A stretch of 64,000 bases of DNA. It comes from Thecamonas trahens ATCC 50062. Lineage: Eukaryota > Protista > Apusomonadida. The notes beneath the pieces are model-generated. The model saw only the letters and a program-made list of their open reading frames with translations. It was not told where the DNA came from and did not search any database. Position 1 is the first letter of the stretch. Each line of letters begins with the position of its first letter. This document shows, one piece after another, positions 9,565 through 22,256 of this stretch. The translations under genes and the position numbers were made by a program. The DNA is taken from assembly GCF_000142905.1 (NCBI RefSeq), contig NW_013657675.1, positions 62,001 to 126,000 on the forward strand, read 5' to 3'.

Positions 9565-12500
9565 TTACACCTCAGCGAGCGCATGCCCCACCGGGAACAG
9601 CCTCCGCCCGGACGCCTCGCTGCTGACTTCGGCATCGGCCTCTCCGCCCCACACCCGGTCCATGGCGCGGCGACAGATCGGCGGCATTCCTGACGCATAC
9701 TGTGCAACGCACTCGAAGACTTCGCGCCGCGTGCATCGCGCCGCCACAGCAGATGGCAGGACGAGGAGACTGCTGCTGGAGCTGCAGTTTTGTCGCGCCA
9801 CGGCGTCTGCCATCCGCAGTCCGGCCGCCTCGCTGGCAGCCGCGTCGCCGGCAGAGCGACACACCAGCGCGCAAACCGCTTCGACCTGCGCCCGCAGCGC
9901 CAGCGACGCTGTGCTTGCCCGCTTCATCAGCGCGTCCATTGCATCCAGACACGCGATGCACTCCGCGTGCGCTTCCAGAGCACGCGACCACTGCCCGGTC
10001 GACGACGCCAGAAGTACCAACAGCACCCCCATCGATGCCTCCCACAGTGAGCTCTGTCCAAACGGCCGCACAAACTTGGCCAGCGACCGCGCCCCGGAAA
10101 AGTCGCCCGAGGCATACGCCTCGGCAACCGCTCGCGCTGACAGGCCCAGTGCGTGCATCGATGTTGCCCCAGACGACCCCCGCGCAATCTCGGCCATCAC
10201 TCCTGCTCGCGGAAACGCCACAATCGGCTCCAAATCGATAATGCCCACAGTCATGCCGCGCCACGGCTCTGCCACAAACGTCGCCACCTCGGACCCTTGC
10301 AGCTCGCCGTTGGCCAGCCACGCCATCGCCGTGTCAACCCAATTCCGTGCCCGCTCGCCAAGCCAATCGGTCACGCGCGCGTCAGCACGCCCGGCTGCGG
10401 CTGCCGTCGCCCATCGGCTTGCCGTCACAAAGTACTCCTTCCACTGCTCGGCAGTCTCGCCGGCCACAGCTCCGCCAGCCGCAAGCTCGGCGAGCTGCGA
10501 CCGAAAGTGCTGCGCCTCCGAAGTCACCCCGTGGTACACCGCCAGCGCATCGACCACAAGTCGCGGAACCCGCCACACGTTCTGCCAACTATCCCCCCCG
10601 CCCGGTGGCACCACGCACCCGATCGCACACGCCATCGCGCTCTGTGCCACCCGCACGCGCGGCTTCGTCCCAAGCGACAGCTTCCACATCGACGACGACG
10701 ACAGGTGCTTCTCCAGCGCGGTGCGGAGCTCGGATGTGAGGTTGACAAACTTGCCGTCGCTCCCGCCCACAACGTACACAGCTTTGCTGCTCCGAAGGTG
10801 CAGCACAAGCTCGGCCACACCGATCCCTCGCTTCTCTGCCCGCTTAACCGCCTCCAACGCGCCCTTAACCGTTGCCACGCCCACGTCAGTGCGCACTCCC
10901 GCGCACCCAACCCCGGATCGACCACTCTCCAGAGCAAGCTCGGCTCCGAGAACGCCGACGCACTCGCCTGATGCCGCAATCTGGCCGCGAATCCCTTCGA
11001 GAAGCGCTGATGCATACGCCACGGCCTCTTCGCTCTCGTCAGCAACAAGAACGCCCAACTCGAGCGTGGCGCCGGCACCAGCCTCGCCGCGTGCAACATC
11101 CCCGCGCACCACCACGTCCATCACAGGCGGCTCGCCCCCGCTCTCCACCCACGATGCCACAAGCACCGACAAAAACTCGCGCAGTCCGGCAGAGTACTCT
11201 TCGATGTCGCTGCTTTCCACCAGCTCATTCCGGAGCCGCACGAGCCAATCCCGCACGGAGTCGCCCGACATCACGGCCCGCTCCCGCAGCGCAGTGCTCT
11301 CGGCTGCCTTGGCCCTCGACACAACGTACTCGCGCAGAACGTCAGCCGGTGCGTCGCCGCCTTCCGCCATAATGCCGACGAGCGCTGCCCCAGCCTGGTA
11401 GCACACCACCGCGCTACTGTGTGCCTTGCTCGCCTCGAGCAGGCCACCCACCCGGACGCATGCTAGTGCCCGCTCGCGAACACTGACAAGCGCGTGCGAG
11501 CAAGACGGCCGGGCCAGTCGCACTAGCGGATCGATCACGGCCTCTGGCTCGCCCTCGCTCCCGTCGTCGCGGCCGGTCAGCAGCAGACGCACCACCCGCG
11601 AGTGGCCAAACTCTACTGCTTCGTCCAGCGGCGTCCGACCCTGCAGCGTTGCCGCGCTCGCGTTGGCGCCCGCGTCCAGGAGTGCTTGTACGACCGGCGC
11701 ACGCCCAGCCCGAGCTGCCCAGTGCAGTGCCGTCCACCCATCTGGGTTCGACACGTCCGGGTCGGCACCGGCGCCCAGCAGCAGTGCCACAAGCTCGCAC
11801 CGCTCCGAGTCCACTACGCCGGACGAACACGCATAGTGCAGTGCGCACCGTACGTCGGTCGCCTCCGCCATGTCAGTGTACGCCTGCTGTCGTGCCAAGG
11901 CCTCGCTGGCGTCGCAACCCTCGCTTCGTGCCACATAGCATTCGTACCGCAGACTTCCACTCCCGGTCTCCCGGTTGGGCACCACCGACACGGCCTCGAG
12001 CGCGGCCTCCACTTCAGCCACCCGAGTTGGCCACCCGCCCTCGCTCCGCCCGCGCCATGCATCGTACAGTAGCAGAAGCGGGACAACGCTCGCCCGGTCG
12101 TACTCGGCAGAGTAGTGCAGTGGGCTCTTGCCGTTGACGTCCACGCTCCGCGGGTTAGCGCCCCATGCTAGGAGCTCGGCCACAAGCTCGGGTCCAGCGT
12201 GAAGGCACGCCAGGTGCAGCGCAGACCGCCGTGATTGTTCAGAGTCAACGTCGTCGACGTTGGCTCCATGCTCCAGCAGCAGCGTGACCAGTGCAAGATC
12301 CTGTGCTTCGACAGCCATTAGCAGCGCTGTCGCTGCCACTGCTCTGGACGACGTCGACACGCGTGTGTTGACAAATGCTTCCAGATCAGCCCGGCTTCCC
12401 GCCACCAATGCCATTTCGCCCAGTACAAAGCCCAGGCCCTCAGCGTCACGAACACGCACAAGCGCTCGCACCAGCTCGACGAGATCACTCCATTCGAGCA

Positions 12501-15500
12501 GCGCGCTGTCCGGTGTTGTTGAAAACTCAAAGTGCGATCCGTCGTTGAGCACAAGCTCGAACCGTCCACTCTCGCCGCTCACCGCCAGCTCGCGCACCAG
12601 CTCTGCCCATGCTCGCGGCCCAGCGGCGGCCGCACGCTCAGGCGCACCACTCGATTCGGCGTTGCGTGCACAGGCGGTCGCAACAGCGCTTGCACCGCCC
12701 CGAGCCGGACCTCGGCATTCCCGTCGAGGAAAATCTCGCGGAGCCCGGCGTAGCGCCTGTCGTTTGCCAATCGGACCACCTCGTCACCGTCGATGCTCCT
12801 CGTCTGTCGCAGGCTCAGCCGTCGCATCGCGCGGTTGGTTTTGACCCACTCCCAGTACGCAGCCTCGCGCGATGCGGCCCCGGGTCCGACAGCCAGATCC
12901 GAGAACGTGACTTCGCCCATGAGGTCCTCCGCCGCCCGCTCCACGTCCTGCACGCGATCGAGCTCGTAGTCGGACGCCACCATGTTGCGCCGCCACAGCA
13001 CTGGCCCCGCGCCATCGCCAAAGTCCTCACCGTCGTCCGCCCACTGCTCCGGCAACGCACGAGCACTTTCAAGCGCCAGCGATGCGCCCGTCACTGCCGC
13101 GGCAAAGTTGAGCTCGCTGTAACCTGCAGCATCGTCAAACGCTCTGCAAGCCTCGTCCTCGCCGGCGTCGAGCGCCGCAGAGTATACGCGCCCAAGCAGC
13201 GGGTACATTGTCGTCAGCAGCTCCTCGCCGGTCACTTGCTCGCGATCGCCGGCAAGCACCTCCTCGGCCACGGCTTGTATCGCCTTCAGCCGCCGATACA
13301 TCAGCACCGGCGTGCCTTTCACAAGCTTAAGAGGGAGGCCCATGGCGTGGAGCTTGGCGTCGGTGAACACACCATGGCCCGGCCCAGACTCGGCCGACCA
13401 GCCGGCTTCGCCAGCCTCGCCGCCGCACCCAGACCCGTCGGCAATGTCCACACTCGTGTCCATGCCCGACGCGCACGGCGAGTCCTGCAGCGCCTTGAGC
13501 CACGCGCCCACAAACAGCTCGGTCGGCAGCGCCGCCAGCGACATGAGCGTGGTCTCCGCCAGCGGCCGCCGCATGTGTGGCAGTACAAAGACGAGGTCAA
13601 AGGAGGCCACAGCCTGGACGCAGCTGCCGTCGCCAGAGTACACCCGCACAATCGGGTCCACAAGCGCGTCGGCCACGTTGGTCGGAATGAGCGAGAGCCC
13701 CAGCCCATCGTACGGACTACCGCTCCCGACACGCACCCCGTCGCTGAAGCTGACCACGTAGTTGGGTGGGCCGGCCGCACCGTGGTTGGCCAGCAGCGCG
13801 TTGGTCAGCACCACTCCAAACGCCTCCATCTCCAGCCCAGCAAGGCAGAACGGATCGACTTCAAGCATCCGCGTCAGCGCCACCCCGCGCGGCAGCGGCG
13901 AGACAAGCACCGCGTCGGCGTCCAGCCCGTTTGAGATGCGGAACACCTCGTACGGCACAATCCCGCCGCCAAGCAGCATCTCCTGCCAACCGTGGCCATC
14001 CAGGCCGGCTTCACCTGCAAGGCCGGCTTCCAAAAGCGATGCCAGCTGCGCAACCGCAAACTCGACGCCGGGTGCTTCAGGTGCTACCTTGTACCGCAGC
14101 GACTCGTGGACCACAAACCGCGGCGCGGGGTCAAAGACGCCTGCAAGCCCGCGCAGGTCCACAAGCTTGGTAGGCGAGAGCGAGAATGACGCGAGAGAGG
14201 CAAGCACCCCATGACTCCGCCGACGCGGCGAGTCGAGCCCGGTGCCCATCGACGCGTCAGTCTCAGGCCCGCGTCGCGGCGATCCGGGTGGTGGCTTGGA
14301 CGGGCTGCTTGGCGCCGACGACGACAGCCCGCCAAGCGGCACAATCATGAGGGCAAAGCTGCGTCGGATGAGACGCGCGCCCAGTGTCGCGCACTTGAGC
14401 GACGCTCGGTACCGCGGCAGCCGCAGCGCCGCGTAGCTGCGAATCATCCGCCGCGTGTCGTCGACGTACTCTTCAAAATTGTCGCGGATGTTGGCAAGGC
14501 AGACAACGAGGAGGTTAAAGTACTCGTCGGCTGCGGGGTCCGACGGTCGCGAGACTAGCGCGCCCGCGAGCTCGTTGACCCGCACAATGACGTCGTAGAG
14601 CTCGTTGAAGCCTGCAAGCATCGAGCCCTCAGCCTCAGCTTCGACCACGACCACGTTTGGCGGTCGGAGGTGAGCCACGAGATTCTCAACCTGTGCCACC
14701 AGCGCCCGATTATGCGCGGCTGCCTCTGCAAGCCCGGCCTCGCCGCTCGCCACCGGCGTGGTTGGGTTCGACGACGACGTCGAGCCGCCGTCGTCGCCGC
14801 CGCCGCTCCCGCTCGCGCCCGCCCCACCTGGGAACATGTGCTTGAGCGGGAGGAGCGCGGTCTGGATCTGCGCCACCGACCGCTTGAGCATAATAAGCTC
14901 GTGGGCTTCGAGGACCAGTGACCGCATGAGCTGCAGCGTGGTGACTGCGGGCGTCGGCTCGTGCGGCGCCACCGGGCGGGTGCACATGTCGCGCCCGAGA
15001 CCCTCGCCGAGTTCGTCGGCGTACCGCCAGTCGCGCCACACGCTCACATACACCGTCGACACAATATGACGGATCTTGAGCAGGATCGGGTAGAGCGAAC
15101 CAAACTTGAGCGCAAACCGCTTCGAGTCGGAGAGCGCTTCCACCACCGACGCCACCCCGTCGAGCACTGCCTTGAGCAGCGCGAGCTGGTGAGCCACCGA
15201 GAGGCTCCCTGCGTTAAGCACATACGCCTCGAGTGGATTAAGCAAGCTGAGCAGGATCTGCGACCGCACCAGCGGCGTTGCCGTCGCGTTGTCGTGCTTG
15301 GCGAGAATTCCGTCCAAGGCACGGACAAGGGCGCTTCGCGCGTCGTCGAGCAGCGAGCTCGGCGTCGTCTCACCCCATGCATCAAGGGCACCGCCAACGC
15401 CCCACTCGCCGGATAGCGCCGGCGAGGCAAGCGGCCACGCAGGCTCGCGCAGCAGTTCCTCGTCGACAGCCACCCGCCTCGCATACACAGACAGCGCGTC

Positions 15501-18500
15501 CTCGAGCGCCGAGTCGAGCGACTCGTCCGGGTTGGCAAACGTCGTCGCCAGTCCCTCGAGGTAGAACCGCAGCCGCCGCAGCGCCGCAATGTCGGCATCG
15601 TCCTCCGCAACAAGCCCGGCAAGGACCGGAACCGACTCGGAGAGCGCTTTCAGCACTGTCTCGCGCGAGGCAAAGAGCGCGTCGGCTGCCTGTGGCGACG
15701 TGTCAATCGCCGCAAACTGCATCTTGAGCCACGCTGCCCGCTCGGCGAGCTGGACTTGACGCGTGTCGTGGGTCGCTAGCGGCGCCCGGTACGACCCAGT
15801 CAGCGAAGGCGCCGCAAGGACGAGGACGGGAAGAACCGTCGCTACAATGTCCTTGATTCGTGCCCTGAACTGACTTGCGGCCGCGTCAGACTCCTCGGCC
15901 GCAAAGGTGAACGACGACGAGAGGAAGAACTTGAGCTCGCCGAGCGCCTCATGCGTCGATCCGCGCTGGACTTCGAGCGCCTGGACGTCGGCGTGGACGG
16001 CGGCGAGCTCGGCCCGCGCACGCTCGACCCGCGCCGAGACACGCACGCACGAAAAGCCCTTCCACCACCGCCACGACAGCGCGCGAAGAACCTCGATGCG
16101 CGCAAAGTACTCGGCGCAAAACCCAAACAGGTCCGGGTGGATCGACTCTGCCAGCTCCGCCCCGCGTCCACCAGAAAGCCACAGCGCACGCGACTCGCGC
16201 GCAAACGCCAGCGTCCCGCCCACGCCCATAAACTGTGCGTACATGACAAAGGCAAAGGTGAAGGCCTTGACGTTGTTGCGAAAGGCACTGAGGGCTGACG
16301 GCGCGCCACCAAGTGCTCGCAGTGGCGCAAGTGTCGTCAACGTCTTGAGCGCGCGCACAAGCCGAAATGCATCAAGCGTCGCTGCCTTGGAGACGCCAAA
16401 CCGGGTGAGGTTGAACCAGTCCGAGACGCCCGAGTCGCCGGCCCGGAACCAGGTCGCCGCAAACGGCGACGGTGACGCTGCGTACGAGGACTCGGGCACA
16501 ACTGCCGACGCCGCATCCTCGGCGTCCATCATCGTCCGCAGCGGCGACATGATCGCGCCGCGCGGCCCGCTTCGGCCACTCCCGCCACCGCCGCCGCCGC
16601 TCACTCCGCCACCGCTGTCGTCAGGGTCGTCGTCAGAATCAACAGCTCGCGCGCCAACGTCGACAGTGAGGAGGCTGCGGCGCATCCGAGTTGCCCTGCT
16701 CTCGCTCTCGCTCGGCCTGGTTGAGCTAGCGGTGGCGGTCTGGGCGAGGCGGGCCTCGGCCGACACGCTCCGTTGCAAGCGTGTTCGGGCCATGAACGAC
16801 CGTGTCCGCCGCGCTACCTCACTCTCAAAGCTCGAGCGGAGGAGCGAGGCCGACGTCGACGCCGAGGCTCGGCCGATACCCGATGACGTGCGCGAGAGGC
16901 CTGAGCTCGAGCTCGCGGCTGCGTCTACGGTTGAAAAGGCGGTGGCCTCGTCCAGAAGCGCTTCGGTCGCCTGCATGAGTTCGAGCAATGGTTCGGCGGC
17001 CGTCTCGGAGCCTGCGGCCAGGACCAACGACTCGAGGTGGTCGAGGACGGCGGCGCGGAAGCCGTGGACAGTGGCTAGCGCGAGGCGGGCATTAAGGTTG
17101 ACGACGTCGCGATCGAGCGACTCGATGAGCGCGTGGTAGTCGGCGATGCGGGCGTTGAGGTCGGCGCGGGTGAGCGAGAGCTCGTCGTGCCACTCGGCCT
17201 TTTCGTCACGAACCATCTCGAGCGTCTCCTTGATGGTGAGCGCCTGGTCGGCGGCGCGCGACCAGGCGTCGCGGATCTGCAGCAGCTCGTCGAGTGAGCT
17301 CGGGTCGTGCGGGTCGGCCGCGAACCGCGAGAGTGCGCGGAGGAGCATGCCCTTGCGGGTCTTGATCTTCTTGAGGTTTGTCCCGGTCTCGGCAAAGTTG
17401 ACGGCAAGGTCGAGCGAGCCCTTATCTTGGGCGCGGAGGACCTGGCGCTCGCGCCAAATCTGCTGCATGAGCTCGGCGAGGGTGTCGTCGCCAAAGACGT
17501 CAACGTCGTCAGTGACAAAGCCAAGCGCCGCTACCGTATTGGTCACAATCTGGAAGCCGGTAAGCTGGCGGAGGCGGCGGACGTGCGAGAACGATTCGAG
17601 GAACTGGCTCTGCCGCCGGTGGAGCTCGACGACGGTGGCCGAGACAAGGAGCCGGAGTGAGAGCAAGTTTTCCAGCAGCGGCTCCAGGTGCCGCGAGTCG
17701 GGTGGCATGTCGCGCCAGAACCCGCCCGAGGCGATAAGCGAGTGCGTCGTGCCGGGATCAAACTCCATGTCCTGAATCTTGGACCACTGCTCGCCGAGCT
17801 CGGGCACGACCGACTCGATGATGTAGGTAAACTGCTTGTCCATCTCATCGCAAAGTTCGGAAAGGTCGAGCGGCGTCCAGTCAAAGCTCGGTGCGCCGAC
17901 CATGGACGAGATGCGCGAGAGCCACTCGACGAGGCAGGGCAGCGAGTCGAGGAGGCCCGAGTGGGTGACAGCGTTGATGATGGCACGCATGAGCTCGACA
18001 AGATTTGTCCGAGACGGGTCGACCTCCTCGGGAAGCGTCAGCCGCAGAAACATGCCGCGGAGCAGGATGAGGTCGGCCTCGAGCCGGGCCCCGGCCGCAC
18101 GCTTGAGCTCGATGATCATGTCGAGGATCGACGCAATCTTGCGCGCGCCCTCGTCAGTGAGCGCCCCGACGTGTGCCCCAGTAATTGGCGCCGGCACGTC
18201 CATGAGCTTGCATACAAAGGCCTCCATCTGAACTTGCGGGATGAGAAGGAGGAGCAAGTTGAGCCGCTGCGACTTTTTGCGGAAGAACTTGAACCGCTTG
18301 GCGTCGTTGCGGGCGTCAAAAGTCGAGACAAGGTCGGCCAGGAACTGGAGCTCGAGGTCGCGCAGCCGCTCTAGCTGGCTCTCATCGTCGAGACCCAGGC
18401 CCGAGCTGGCGCTGACACTGGCGCCGGCACCTGACCCGCCGGCTGTTGTAGATGCCTCGCCCGCGCCAGGAGCGGCGAGCGAGTCGTCGGAGACCTCGCC

Positions 18501-20120
18501 AAAGCCGAGCGGAGCGGTCAACGCGCCTGATGCAGAGACACTGGCCGCCGACGCCGACGCGGCCGACGAGACGGACGACGGCGTGCCCGGTGCCGAGCTC
18601 AGGGCTGGCGAGTGCGGCGTGCTGGGTGCGGTAGATGAGCCCGGAGTCTCGTTCCCAGCCGAGGCTTCGGGCATCGACTTGGCGAACCGGGCCCGCAGCG
18701 GTGCCGGAATGAGCGGAAGTAGCGTCGGGTCAGCAAAGAGACACTTGAGCGGCTTGTCAATGTCTTTGGTCGAGCCGTCGACGAGGTACGGTCGGTAGAC
18801 GTGGCGGTAAAGGAGAGAAAAGAGCGGCGAGTCGTCAGCGACTCGCGCAACAAGGTCCTCTTCGGGCTCGCCAATGGCGGCGCGGAGCGCAGCCGACTCG
18901 AGGCGGATCCGCGAGAGCAAGATGACCCCGAGGTGGTAGTGCTTAAAGAGGAGCGAGGTCGATATCGTGACGGCAGTAATGTCGAGCTGCTCAAGGCGGA
19001 AGAGCGCACGGCCCGGAGAGGAGGCCAACACTGCCGGCGGCAGCGGCTTGAGCACCACTCCGACTGTGTAGAGAATCGATTTGAGGAGCGCAAACTGCCA
19101 CTCGGGTGCATACAGTCGCAGCACTTCGAGGAGGGCAAAGGCCTGTCGGACCGTCATCTGGTCATGCGCAAAGGTCTGCGCGTCAAACGACGGCGATTCG
19201 AGCGAGATCTTTGAAATGACAAACCGCATGAGGAGGACCTTGAACTGGCGGAACGGCAGGGCGCCGAGCAGAACGCCGAGCGGGCCCTTGCGGAGCGCGG
19301 TGTAGACGTTGAGCGGCGCCCGCCCGGCGTCGCCGAGCTCGGCCGGCGCCGAGAGCTCCATCATCTTGCTCACCGCCTGTGGGAGCGAGCCAAGGTCAAA
19401 CGCAGCCGTGGCGAGATGGGCGAGCCCATCGTCACCGCCGGCTGGGTCAACGAGCACAAAGTCCTCGAGGTCCGGGTCGAGAGCTGGGTCGGTCTCATTG
19501 CCTGCGTCGGGATCGAGCGCCGAAACTTCACGCGCAATGTCAACCAGCGTCTGGTCCGAGTGGCGAAAGTAAGAGTTGATGCCGCGGAGGAGAATACCCA
19601 GGTCGTCAGGCGTGCCGCCAGCCATGTACGACATGACACACTCGGCAGTTGATTCAAAGACAAGCTGGCGATAAACGGCAGTGCTAGCAAGCGCTCCCGG
19701 TGCCGCCGGTAGCGCCGCCTGCTCGTCGTCGTCGGCGCTGTCGACCAGTTGCTGGGACGCCCGATGGACCGCGGCCGTTGCTTGCAGCAGCGCAAGCGAC
19801 GGGTTAGTCGACGGAGACGGCGGCACCGCAGCGTTTGTGCTCGCCTCCAACACCAAAAGCAGCGCGGTGGGACGACTCTCGTCGTTGCTGTCGGCATCCG
19901 TCTCGGGCAGCGAGCACACCAGTACATCGCGGAACTCGACACCATCAACGTGCATGCGCGTGTAGGAGAGCTCAAAGCGAGAACAATCGCCCAGCACTCC
20001 TCGAACAGTGTACGACCCGTAAGGATACAAACCCGTCCGCTCTCTGTACGATCGATCATCCAGCACCCGATTCTCTAACATCTCAGCCACAGACTCCCAG
20101 CCGTCAGAGGCGGAGACCAC
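9565..20120 (-). CDS. Giant (~3,500 aa) protein: helical/coiled-coil N-part, degenerate kinase-like domain, LRR-like segment, ankyrin repeats; probable frameshift near 12600-12640; first exon in or beyond the gap
   Basis: ORFs 12579-20120 and 9565-12597 overlap, and the second lacks an ATG at its start. Ankyrins RSALHLACLHAG, GKSPLHYSA, GWTALHWAARAG, GRTPLDEAVEFG. An intron-like tract and TAG acceptor precede the ORF start. Confidence 0.7.
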
Positions 20121-20495
20121 TAGACGCGAGGATGAGGATGGGATGGGGATGGGGTTGAGGACGACACGTAGGTGAGTGAGTACGGAGAAGAGGAGAAGGG
20201 AAGGGGGGGGANNNNNNNNNNNNNNNNNNNNNNNNNNNNNNNNNNNNNNNNNNNNNNNNNNNNNNNNNNNNNNNNNNNNNNNNNNNNNNNNNNNNNNNNN
20301 NNNNNNNNNNNNNNNNNNNNNNNNNNNNNNNNNNNNNNNNNNNNNNNNNNNNNNNNNNNNNNNNNNNNNNNNNNNNNNNNNNNNNNNNNNNNNNNNNNNN
20401 NNNNNNNNNNNNNNNNNNNNNNNNNNNNNNNNNNNNNNNNNNNNNNNNNNNNNNNNNNNNNNNNNNNNNNNNNNNNNNNNNNNNNNNNNTTTTTT

Positions 20496-20531
<36 letters not shown>

Positions 20532-20808
20532 AGAAAGGCTTTTTTTCCCCCCCGGTCCCCGCCGCTCCCTACATCTAGCATATTCCTCCGCACCCGGGGA
20601 ATGTGGAAAACAACCCCCCTAAAAGCCCGCCCCTTTCTCTCCGAAAAACCAACGCAAGTGACGCACAGGGTTTTTTTTTTTTCTTGTCAACAGAGAAATC
20701 AAAACGGGGGGGGGGGGGGGGGGGAGAGAGAGGGATCGGGATGGTAGTGCTCTTCATCGCGTTGTGATAGTGGCTGGTCAGCTGCCAGCAAGTTGGGCAG
20801 GTCTGGTT

Positions 20809-20850
20809 TATCGCGCTATCGCGCTATCGCGCTGTCACGCTATCGCGTTA
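20809..20850. repeat. Short tandem repeat (TATCGCGC) x~5
   Basis: tatcgcgc tatcgcgc tatcgcgc tgtcacgc tatcgcgt. Confidence 0.8.
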
Positions 20851-20880
20851 CCTCGCTGGCCTCGTCGATGCGGCTGGTAG

Positions 20881-21783
20881 TCAGCGGACGGCGATCATGA
20901 ACAGCGGGAGCGGCGCGTCGGCTGGCATGGGAAGTGCGGTAAAGGTACTCGAGGAGAGGCTCGCCTCGATGAGCATGTTGCCGGAGCCCGGGGTGGTGCA
21001 AGCCGAGAACATGGTGCCGGACGGGATGTCGTAGGTCGCTGCCGACGCGCACTCGGTGCCAAAGCCAAAGCCGGGCAGCTCGATGACCTTGGTCACCTTG
21101 ACCGGCGAGGAGAGCTTGAGCTGGGCGATGTACGCAATGTCAGCGTCCGTGGCGGGGAGAATGATGCCGTAGTACCCGTTGTTGCGCCAGTTGAAGGCGA
21201 GGGCGGTGACGGTCATGCCCTCGGGCATGGGGTAGATGCGGGCCGGGTAGCTGCCGCGGTACATGTTGACGCCGTCGGTGAGGACAAAGATGTTGTTGAC
21301 CGAGTCCCAGGTCGACGACACAATCTCGGCGTCGGAGAAGACGGCCATCGAGCCCGACGGCGAGAGGGTGGCGGCGTTGATGTCGATCGAGCCAAAGGTG
21401 ACCATCGAGCCGTTGATCGCGAGGTACGAGCCGCGCCCGGCGCCATTGTCCGGCTCGGCAACAAGGACAACCGAGGCGTCCGGCGGCGAGAACGGGACCG
21501 TCGACGCGCCAATGCAGCCGCCCGACGGGGTGATGGTCACAAGGGCCAGCTCGTCCGCATCCGTCGGATACGCCATCTCCGTCGTGTACGCGCCCGGGTA
21601 CACATACGGGCCCTTTGGCTGCGGAATGTCGCAAGCCGGCGTCACCTTGCCCGTCGTCGGCTCAAGCGAGCCGAGTGTCACCTGGCCTGTCGCGTTGCGG
21701 TAGGCGGTGTAGATGACCGAGCCGTGCGCAGAGGCCACAAGCAGCGTGCAGAGCAGAGCAAGCGAGAGAGTGATGTTCATCAT
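20881..21783 (-). CDS. Secreted beta-rich hypothetical protein (possible propeller)
   Basis: Signal peptide MMNITLSLALLCTLLVASAHG; beta-strand-rich segments (STWDSVNNIFVL, ALAFNWRNNGYYGI, ATYDIPSGTMF). Confidence 0.75.
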   Translation of the reverse strand: MMNITLSLALLCTLLVASAHGSVIYTAYRNATGQVTLGSLEPTTGKVTPACDIPQPKGPYVYPGAYTTEMAYPTDADELALVTITPSGGCIGASTVPFSPPDASVVLVAEPDNGAGRGSYLAINGSMVTFGSIDINAATLSPSGSMAVFSDAEIVSSTWDSVNNIFVLTDGVNMYRGSYPARIYPMPEGMTVTALAFNWRNNGYYGIILPATDADIAYIAQLKLSSPVKVTKVIELPGFGFGTECASAATYDIPSGTMFSACTTPGSGNMLIEASLSSSTFTALPMPADAPLPLFMIAVR

Positions 21784-22011
21784 ATGTAGTGTGGAGTGCA
21801 GTGTGCAGTGTGAGTGCGAGTGCGAGGTGGTGGAGTGAGCCGACTGTTTTCTGTTGTGGCAGCCAGTAACACATTGTACTACTCTTGTACAACAATCCAT
21901 GGACGATGCGACGTCTGTGGAGCGTCGCGGAGGGCGGCTTGCGCGATGAACCAATATATCCTTTTCGTACCGTAAAGGGATAAAGGCCTTCCATTTCGCC
22001 GACCCTCCGCC

Positions 22012-22099
22012 CACCCGCCGCCGCTCACCCGCCGCTCACCCGCCGCCGCTCACCCGCCGCTCACCCGCCGCCGCTCACCCGCCGCTCACCCGCCGCCGC
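22012..22099 (+). repeat. Tandem repeat of alternating 14- and 11-bp units (cacccgccgccgct/cacccgccgct) in a divergent promoter
   Basis: 25-bp unit x3.5, read directly. Confidence 0.9.
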
Positions 22100-22256
22100 A
22101 GAACGCGACCAACACAATGAGCCGCCCGCCACACGCTCGCGCACCCACCCACCCACACAGGCACACACTCGCTCTTGCCCACTCGGTCACCCTCGGCCTC
22201 CCTCCACCCCTCCACCCCCCACCACTCCTCTCGACTCTATTCCTCACACAAATACT

